Assembly (NCBI GenBank): GCA_036867785.1
Contig: CP145421.1
Coordinates: 124,001 to 188,000 of the forward strand
DNA from: Plasmodiophora brassicae
Taxonomy: Eukaryota
Direction of reading: 5' to 3'
DNA length: 64,000 bases
Both the position numbers and the translations under genes were made by a program. Below are positions 54,975-64,000 of the stretch, piece by piece (within the stretch, counting starts at the first letter, position 1; every line of letters begins with the position of its first letter). The notes below the pieces were generated by a model. That model saw nothing but the letters and a program-made list of their open reading frames with translations. It was not told the DNA's origin and did not search any database.

Positions 54975-57517
54975 ATGCAGGGCGCAGGTGACGGCGAGGA
55001 AGTGATCGACCTGGAACAGGGCTGGGCGCACTGTCGCGACACGGGCATCAACCCGCTCCTGCAGCGCATCGAGACGGCGTTCGACGACGGCGAGTTCGAA
55101 CGATGCACGATCAAGGCGGAGACGTACATGGACGTGTATGACAAGGTCTTCAAGATGTGCATTCAGCGCGATCCGAACAACCACAGCGAGCAGCTGTACG
55201 TGCGGTACACGGAGGCCATCCGCATGTACCTGCAGGGGACTGTCGTCCCCGAACTGGCGCGCGCCCGCTCCCAGAACGAGGTCCTGTTCCTGCGCGAATG
55301 GAACAAACGGTGGAAGTACCAGAAGATTCTGGTGCAGGGCCTCTCCGGCATGTTCACGTACATCGTAGGGGCAGCAGCATACTCTCGCTGTGTGTACGAT
55401 TCTGCATTGCTGACGTGACGCGCGACCCACCAGGATCGATTCTACGTCCCCAATGCCGATGACAAATTGCCGCTGGCCAGCCAGGGCTTCGACCTGTATT
55501 CGCGCGAGGTCTACGAGCAGTACAAGGCGAACGCCAAAGATGCGATCCTGTCGGCAGTGGCGAAGGAGCGCGAAGGCGAGCAGCAGGATGCCAACCGTCT
55601 ACAGACGGCCGTGAACGTGTTCGTCGAGCTGGGCGCCAGGGTCGGCACCGTCGCCCTCGACTATTACCGCGGCGACCTGGAGACACCGCTCATCGAAGCG
55701 ACCAAGTCGTACTACTTCGCGCACGGCCGGGCGTGGCTGGACGAAGACACCTGCCCGGCCTATATGGTCAAGGTCCGGTGCCCTTTGGCCGCCCATTGCT
55801 GCCGTCGTCGAATGTGACACTGGATAGGCGGAAGCCGTCATCCGCTGCGAATCCGGGCGTGTCGACGCGTACCTGCACCCGTCGACGAAGCCGAAACTGA
55901 TCCTCGCCGTGCAGCACGAGCTCCTCCAGCAGCATCAGATCGAGCTGATGGAGAAACCGACGGGCATCAATGCGCTGCTGGAGCAGGGCGCGCAGGACGA
56001 CCTGTCCAGAATGTATCGTCTGTTCAAGGAGGTGGAGGACGGCGTCAAGCACATTGCCAAGGCGCTCAGGGACCATGTCAAGCAGATCGGCGTCGGGTAC
56101 ATTGAGGCGTCGAAGGAGGAACCCGCGACGCCCGCTGCGCCTGGCCAGTCCGATGACCACGACCTTGTCAAGAAACTCATTGCCCTGCATGACACGTACC
56201 TGAACATCGTGAAGACGTGCATGGCGTCGGACACGATCGTCGAGAAGGCGCTGCGGGAGGCGTTCGAGGATGCCATCAATCGCGAGCATTATACGTCGAA
56301 CCTTCTTGCAAAGTTCGTCAATGCTCTTCTCACGAAGGGCAGCAAGGTACGTGTGCGCCCCCCCCCCCCCCCCCCCCCAATCCGAATCGTCGCCCCGTGT
56401 CCTGATTCGTGTCGTACGCACCAGGTGTCCGTTGCCACGTTCGAGCAGACGCTGGACCATGTCGTTATGCTGTACGGGTACATCCGCGACAAGGACATCT
56501 TCGAGGAGGAGTACCAGATGTACCTGGCCAATCGGCTGCTGGCGTCCAAGTCGGAGTCGCACCAGGCGGAGAAGACCATGATTGCCAAGCTGAAGTCGGA
56601 GTGCGGGTACCACTGGACGTCGAAGCTCGAGTCGATGTTCAAGGACGTCCAGCTGTCCGACGAGCTCATGCAGCAGTTCGTCGCCACGTGCGGCAGGGAG
56701 TTCCAGACGGAACTGCACGTCAACGTCTGCACGATGGGTCGCTGGCCGTCGGCGGTCCTGCCGACGTGCAACATGCCGGCGCAGCTCAAGCGCCTGACGG
56801 ACCGGTTCAAGTTGTTCTACGTGAACAAGCACAGCGGGAAGAAGATCGAGTACCAGATGGACAAGGGCGAGGCGGACGTGTCGGTCCGGTTCGCCGACGC
56901 CGACCCGTCGTCTGGCGTGCGCGCCAACGCCAAGCTGCTCGTCGTGTCCACGTTCCAGATGGTCATCCTCCTCATGTACAACCAGAGGACGGAGTTCACG
57001 TTCCAGGTAGGGACGCACCGTTGTGTCTGTCTGTCGCGTGCGCTGACGAGGCGCGCCGCCTTGCCTGTTTCAGGAAATTGCCGACGGCACGGGCATCCCG
57101 CGCGCCGACCTGGAGACCCATTTGCTGTCGCTGGCGCACCCCAAGGTCAAGGTGCTGAGCAAGACGCCGAACACGAAGGACATCCGGCCGGACCATGTGT
57201 TCGCGCTCAACACGTCGTACGCGTCCAAGTTGTTCCGCGTCAAGGTCCCGCTGATGAAGGCGCCGACGAAGAAGAGCGTCGGCGTCGACCCCAAGCTGCA
57301 GACGCAGAGGAGGCATCAGATCGATGCGGCCATCGTCCGCATCATGAAGACGCGCCAGCGCCTGCACCACAACCAGCTGGTCAGCGAGGTCATCAAGCAG
57401 CTGCAGCGGTTCAAGCCGGCGGCCGCCGACATCAAGAAGCGGGTCGAGAACCTCATCGAGCAGGAGTACCTCGAGCGGGACGACGCCGACAGACGATACT
57501 ACAACTACCTGGCGTGA
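54975..57517 (+). CDS. Cullin (CUL1-like), 5 exons
   Basis: VFKMCIQRDPNNHSEQLY, DKDIFEEEY..YLANRLL, KLESMFKD, DAAIVRIMKTR (Nedd8 site), LIEQEYLERD. Confidence 0.95.
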
Positions 57518-57598
57518 AGGCGCGCGCGATCTCACCACCTTGCCTGTGTCGACGTTTGCAGGGGTGCGAACGGGGGCCGCTTCGTCTTTATTCGACCG

Positions 57599-60340
57599 TC
57601 AGTCGTCCTGGGCGACGCTTCGTAGCGATGGGTCGATGTCGACCATGGTGGCCTGGCGTTTCTTTCGCGAGCCACGTCGAATCAGGGGGGCGGCGGGCCG
57701 GCTCCCGTTCGCCGGGTCCGCGTCGTCGCCCGGCGCCTCGCTGTCGCCGGCCTGGTCGTCGTGCTCGTCGACCTGGTGCGCGCTCGGCCCCTGGTCCACG
57801 AGCGCCGCCGTCTCCTGCACGGAAACCGTGGCCAGGATCGCCATGTGCCTGTACCCGGCCACGACGCCCGACAGGTTCATCCCCTTCAGCGTCGTCAGAC
57901 GCCCCGGCCGGGTCGCCGACGCGTCCCCATGGTCCTCCTCAGCGGGAGAAGCGCCGCCGCCGCCAACCTGCCACGAGTAGATCATGCCCGACTGCGTCAC
58001 ACCTGGCACGACGAACAGCGTTCAGCACCCGCCATGGGACGCAGACACACATGCGAGCGCGGACGCCCCCACCGATCGTGTTCGTCAGCGTGGCCGCCAC
58101 GCCCGTGAAGCAGTGGGCGGGCGGGATGCGCTGGAACCCCTGGCCATGCTGGCCGATGCGCGTCGAGTAGATGGTGCCGTCGTCGGTCAGCGCCACCGTG
58201 TGGTGCGGCCCGCACGACACGCTCGTGACGCCCTTGCGTTGCAGGGAGCGGACCGGGGTGGGCGCCGCCACCGACGTCGTCGTCGGGGACGCCAGACCGC
58301 ACTGCCCGAACGTGTTGTCGCCCCAGGCGTAGACGGCGCCGTCGAACCCGATGGCGCAGCAGTGGTCCGGCCCGCATTGCACCGACGCCCAGAACTCGCC
58401 GTGCGACGTCATGGGCGTCGGCGGCACCCAGGCGCCCGCCCGCATCACGTCGGCGCCGAGGCCCAGCTGGCCCTCGTCGGCGCGCCCCCAGACCCACAGG
58501 TCGCCGGACGACGTCACCGCCAGCGAGTGCTGCCGTCCTGTGTGTGTGGGTCGCAGCACGTGTCAGCGAACGTTGAACAGACGACGACGATCGCTGACCG
58601 CAGGCGACGGCGTCGACGTCGACGTCGGCGAGGGGCTTGACGGCGGCCGGGAACGTCAGCAGGTCGTCCTGGGCGGGCGTCTGCCCCCGGCCCATGACGA
58701 GGACGCGGCGGGCGCCGGTGACGATGGCGCTGTGGGCGGCGCCGGCCGCCACCCGCTGCACGGTCGTGTTGCAGATCGGGCTGCGGCTGACGTGCAACGT
58801 CTCGGGCGACTTGACCAGGGCGAGGTCGGGGCCCAGGCCCAGCTGCCCGTGCTGGTTGCTGCCCCAGCCGTACGCCAGGCCGTCGCTCGTGACGCACAGC
58901 GAGTGCTGGGCGCCCAGAGCGACCTGCGCCACCCGTACGCCCAGCAACGACCGGACCAGCTGCGGGAACGGCTGCGATCGCGTGTTGTCCAGGCCCAGCT
59001 GGCCGTGGTGGCCCTGCCCCCAGAGGAACACGACGCACGTCGTGTCCGGCGCCGGCAGCGTCGACGCCGCCGCCGCCGGCAGGATCAGGTCCGGCGTGAT
59101 GTTCAACGGCGACAGGACGAAGGGCGCCGTCGCCTCCTCCTCGGCGATCTTGTCGTCGTCCTCGGCGATGATGCCGAACTGGCGGAGCGACTCGCGCGAC
59201 GGCCGCGTCCCCAGCAGCTGCTCGAGCGACGACGTCTTGGCGTGGCGCTCCAGGCGCTTGCGGTGCGCGTGCATCGTCGGCGACGCCGCCTGCTGCAGGA
59301 TGTTCCGCTGCACCAGCGTCGCCGGCGACGGCCGCGACGCCAGCATCCGCTCCAGGCGCTGTTGCGGCGAATCCGGTGGCGCCTTGCCTGCCGTCGCCGC
59401 CGCCGCTGCCCCCGCCGCCGTCGTCGTCGTCGTGTCCTCGTCCGGTGGCGCGTCGGACGTCACGACCGCCGAGAACCTGCGTGCGCCCGACGTCGTCAGC
59501 GCTGGCAGGCGGGTGTGCCCATCCCGACGCGCGCGTTACCTGGCCAGGCCGGCGGCCGGCGCCGAACGGAGGATGTTCCGTTTCAGGAGCTCCTCCTGGG
59601 TGGGGCGCTTCGCCAGCAGGCGGGACAGGTGCTGGGCGGCGGCGGCCCCGTTGCCGTCGAGGGCGTCCTCCGAGTCGTCCGCCCTGCCGCGCTGCTGCCC
59701 GTCCACCAGGATGTGCTGGCTGACCAGCAGGTGCCGTTCCGGCCGGTTCATCAGCATCGCGTTCAGCGACTCGATCCGCGTGTGCAACGACGGGCGCTGC
59801 TGGGCGCCCACGTAGATGTTCCGCTGCTCCAGCTGCTCGGGCGTCGATCGCCCCAGGAGCAGCGCGCTGCGATCGTCCACGATTTACCGAGGTGGAGGGG
59901 GCGCGCCGCGCGAACGTTCAACGCCCCTACCTGAGCCTGTCCTGCTGCTTCCGGACGAGCGTGGGCACGCGCGGCGCCTGCGCCTGGCGCTGCTCGGCGA
60001 GGAACTTGGCGAGCGCCGAGTCGCTGTCGTCGGCCGACAGCCGCCGGGTGTCGGTCGCCAGCGACATTTCCGCATCGACCCGCGTCTGCGACAGGTACCG
60101 GACGGTGCGCGGCCGGGTCGTCTTGCTCCGTTTGTCGTCATCGTCGTCGTCGCGGCGATCGTCGCCCTTGTCGGCGGGGGCGGCCGCCGGCTGCGACGAG
60201 CGCTTCGGTTTCGACGACCGGGGGGCGCCGGACGCGCCTCGGTGCGTAACGCACATCGGGGACGTGACCGCGCGCGTCGCCAGGCATCCGGCCACGACGC
60301 AGGGGATGCTCCCGGCGCTGACTCCCGATACATACGACAT
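57599..60340 (-). CDS. RPEL-repeat + RCC1-repeat protein
   Basis: Five RPEL-like motifs (e.g. LAKRPTQEELLKRNIL, LASRPSPATLVQRNIL) followed by RCC1 repeats (WGQGHHGQLG, GAQHSL, WGDNTFGQCG); several introns. Confidence 0.85.
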
Positions 60341-60479
60341 CGCGTGACGATCGTCAACAGGGTGGGCCCTGCGAATCTCGCGAGGCACGTGCCACGCCCC
60401 ACGAGGAGGTGGCGTCACGTCCGGTGCGTACGCTTGCGCGCGCAGACGTTTAGTATATCGAACGGGCCATAAACACCGC

Positions 60480-62268
60480 CTACTGGCCGTTGACGATAGG
60501 GGCGGGTTCAACAAGGCCTTTGACGGTGGCGCCAGACACGGGCAGGACGAAGGCGGGCCATAGTTGACGATAGGGAGGGCCGCCGGGAGCGACAATCTCG
60601 AACATGGCCGCGTCGCCGACGTCGGCCGTGTACTGCGCCATCTTGAACCCGTTGATGGCCATCAGCAGCATGCGGAAGGCCAACGAGCACGCGCAGTAGT
60701 CGACGATTCGCAGCGTGCCGTTCGCCTTGTCGTCCTGGACGCCGTCGAACATGTCGTGGCAGGCGTCGCCGTGACGGAACCCGAGCCCATGCGCTCGCAG
60801 TTCGTCATAGAGCACAACGATGCCACTGATCGTTCGACGCTGGCGCCGTCCCGCCGGCATGCACAGCTGGGCGCGGGCAAGGCTCTTCGCCGTCCGCATC
60901 ACCTCGCTGATGTAGACGGCGTGGACCTTCTTGACGGTGCGTTGGAAGTCGCGGGCGCACCGGGAGAAGATCTGCGTTGCAAGGTTGCATACGGCCATGT
61001 CGCAGTCGAATTGGGTCGAGCATTCGGCGAGGGCGTTGCGCAACGGCATGGCCATGTCGCAGTGGAGAGTCGGGGCGGCGTGTTCCAGGGCGCGGGCGTT
61101 GAGCGCGATGGGCATTAGGCCTGCATCGGCACTCACCAGCGTCATGTTCTGCTCCAGTGCGTTGTGCAGGTCGGCCATCTGCTTGTCGCAATCCCGGTTG
61201 CGCTGGCCGATGTCGGCGCGTGCCGCCTGGAGAGCGTCTCGGGTTGTGGACAAATCACGATTCAGGTCAGCGACTTGACGTTGCGATTGCTGAAGGGCCT
61301 CGTCCAACGACATTTTCACCGCTTTACACTGGTCCCGCTCCGCTTGCAGCTGGCTCGTCGCGTTTGTATATGCCCTGGCAAGATGAGCCGCCTCCGCCTT
61401 GTGTCTCTCCGTGCCCGTTCGCTGTGCGGCCATGCGAGTCTGCCAGTCGCGCTCGACCTGGGCGCATCGGCTCTTCTGCTGGACGACCTCCTTCTGCAGC
61501 GATTCCACGTCGCGCTTCAACTGCTGAGCCTCCCTGTGCATCGACTCGGCATCGGTCTTCAACTGCCGGATATGCTCTATGGCACAGTCAGAAGACAGTG
61601 TACAGGGCGTCACGGGCAACCTGGCTCATACCGACGGGGCGCGGGACCTGGTCCCGAAGAGCGCAGCGAATGTTTGGGACGAGGACGGTGGCAAAGTAGT
61701 GCCTGTTCTCGTCAAAGATCAGTGCGGAATTCGAGCCCGATTCTTTGATGAACCACTGGAGCGTTTTCCAAGCGACGTTGGCCACGTCGTCAAACTTCTT
61801 CGTCGTATGCTGCCTGGCTCTACTACGGGTATAGAGGGCAGCGCCGTTGCTGCGAGCCATCAGACTTGCGAGAACGGCGAGAATCACCCATAACGAAAAC
61901 GTGGTGTGGCAGGAATCCAGTACGTTCGCCGATCGCGACAGGTCCATGACCCGCGCCTGTTGTAGCCGAATCAGTGCGTCAAGCAGCATGGAGTCCAGGA
62001 CCTTGAGATCCCGGTCTGCGTCCGTCGTTTCCAGCTGCCTGGCATCGAGGTGCGGGGCGCCCCAGATGATCTTGCCGAACATGGTCTGCCGCTCCACCGT
62101 ACGATACCACGATTCGGCAACGGCGAACGCGTCAATCAGGTGCAAGGGCCACGCGTCCGTCAGCAGCTCATGGGCGGCATCCTGATCGGGATCGTGCCCT
62201 GGCTGGACATACGTCGACACGGCGTGCACAATGTGCCCGACGAACGTCGACAGCGACATTGCCATCAT
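60480..62268 (-). CDS. Hypothetical coiled-coil protein, 2 exons
   Basis: ORFs 61588-62349 and 60480-61619 join in frame via a GTATGA...CATAG intron. Confidence 0.75.
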
Positions 62269-62655
62269 CCCGCCGTTTGATTGCGTGCAATCGACGGCCG
62301 GCGGACGTCCGATGGACCGATGGACCGACGCTGGGAGGCGCAGGAACACCGGTCAACGCTGCCGGGCTGCATCCCGCCGGTCGCGTGACGCTTCGCCGCG
62401 GCTGTTGTACGGCGGCACCTGAGCAACTGCAGCAGATGCGCGGGGCAGTCGCGCACAGCCGTGTCTGCACACATGAGCTGCACTCGCGGCCAGTCGGAGC
62501 TGCACGTGAGCTGTAGGTAGTCGCAGTGGGCCGGAGCTGCACATGAGCGGCGGTGGGCTGCAATCGCGGCACGTGGGAGCCCGGCCCGGTGCACCACTGC
62601 ACGTCTGCACCCGACGTCACGGACGCCGTACCGTCGCGTCATTGCGCCGAACGTG

Positions 62656-63939
62656 ATGAGCGATGAGGACATCGAGGACGTGTTGCGCCTGAGGCCGCCG
62701 ATCGACCGGTTCCGATCGTCGCGAACGCTGTCGGTGACGGATGTCGCCAGCCAGGCCTGGTGCGAGATGCAGACAGGTGCGAACAGCTGCGGCTACCTGG
62801 GCGGCAGCCCGTTTTCAACATCGCGACAGCGTTCGGTTTGGAGCATCGGCGCGTACGAACGGCCGCGATGAGAGCCGGGGCGCGACGTCATAACGAACTG
62901 GAGCTCGAACTCCACAAGGTTCACAGGATCAATGTTGTAACTGCTGCCGACGTGTGGGCCGTTCGGCTTCTGGTACGTTGCCCCACGACACGCTATCGCT
63001 GCGCTAATCCATTCCCTGCAGAACGTCATGTTTGGCCTGGGTGCGCTCACTGCTCTATCGCGCCGTTATCTTGGCCGTTTCTGATTGAACCCGTAGAGGA
63101 GCTCGTTCAGCAAGGTCGTACGCGAGAGTTGCCTGTGTTCGGCTCGTTGCAGTCGTTAAGGAACCTGCCGAGGGAGTCGCCTAGCGACCCGCTCTGGGCG
63201 ATCGGTGTCATCGACCTGGTCGAATTCGGCGGTACGCCGCCCAGACCGGCAATCGTCGACACGAAAACGAGAACGGTGCCGTCGATGCCCGGATTCGCCC
63301 AGAAACGCTCGTCCCGCCTCCAAGTCGCCATCTACAAGGTCCTCTTCGATGGCCTGGCCAGCCATGATGCCGTGGCCTGGGCGCCGTCCATGCTGGCGTG
63401 GCACGATGTCGACCCGTTCACGCGACAGTTCAGCCACGACGTTGCCGATCAGTTACAACGACGCGATCTGCAAGGTTGCTCCTTGCTGGAGGTCGTGCAT
63501 GTCGCTCTGCAAATGTTCCGGGCGCTCGGGCCGAGCGGTGAGGAACTCAAGGTCGGTCGACTGTATTCTGCTCGTTCAGCTACCTAATTGACTTGTTTAG
63601 GTCGTGTATGAACACCAGAGCGATCGCCGCCTGCTTGGCGAAGATAATTGGCGGTTCAATAAGAACCATGTCGTATGTCGCACGAGAAACGTGAATCGTT
63701 TGCTCACCGTTGGACACGACTGTGTCGTAGGTTGGCGACACGTCATATTTCCTCGAGTTCTGGGAGGGGCTGCGACCCCCTGATGTTGTCCTGTGGGTCA
63801 CTCACAGAGCGGATTCGCTGTTGACGGTCTTGTGATGGCGCTGTTCAGGTCGGGAGAATCGTGGAAGTGCCGGATGTGTCAGTTCAGAGAAATGTGCCCG
63901 CACAGCCCGCTGGAAGACATGCGGCAGGACACTCCCTGA
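62656..63939 (+). CDS. EXO5: Exonuclease V (Fe-S RecB-like), multi-exon; may start further upstream
   Basis: LSVTD..SQAWCEMQ, MRAGARRH..LE, RELPVFG, GVID, VDTKTR, LQVAIYK, WKCRMCQFREMC. Confidence 0.9.
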
Positions 63940-64000
63940 CGCGGGAACTTGCGCTCTGCGAGTTCACACACACCGATCGCGCTGCACGACGCCCCTGTCG

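Noticed and set aside
56358-56378. Poly-proline insert in cullin
   Set aside because: The poly-C run lies inside a GT-AG intron.
54975-57517. Functional link between the cullin gene and the SKP1-RING or ankyrin cluster
   Set aside because: The cullin is an ordinary core gene ~25 kb from the SKP1-RING gene; proximity alone is not evidence.
46800-62700. Many long overlapping antisense/alternate-frame ORFs
   Set aside because: Shadow ORFs expected in high-GC coding DNA; each region is explained by a spliced gene.

Overview
Eukaryotic, GC-rich genomic DNA with short (~50-65 nt) GT-AG introns. It is most consistent with a plasmodiophorid protist such as Plasmodiophora brassicae (inferred from the secreted ankyrin and SKP1-like proteins and the intron style, not proven). 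Three zones. (1) ~0.7-31 kb is a deeply nested transposon island: a young Copia inside a Tc1/mariner TIR, a deleted PIF/Harbinger, two chromodomain Gypsy elements, a second broken Copia, several non-autonomous TRIM-like LTR elements, a Crypton-like tyrosine-recombinase transposon, and an LTR carrying a Pol III tRNA-like gene. (2) ~29-47 kb is an accessory/effector zone: a putative secreted SKP1-like + RING-H2 protein, a multi-TM protein, degraded genes, a long hairpin, and five tandem intronless signal-peptide ankyrin genes. (3) ~47-64 kb holds compact core genes: proline iminopeptidase, TSNAXIP1-like, IGHMBP2, cullin, an RPEL+RCC1 protein, a coiled-coil protein and EXO5. Most notable: none of the LTR elements with a visible primer-binding site has the usual TGG tRNA-3'-end type. 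Three other modes co-occur: an apparent half-tRNA-Asn PBS, Tf1-like self-priming, and a 10-bp palindrome at the PBS position. There is also a tRNA-gene-bearing LTR, a 72-bp palindromic insertion with LTR-like ends and a TSD, and a candidate cullin-bypassing SKP1-RING effector.
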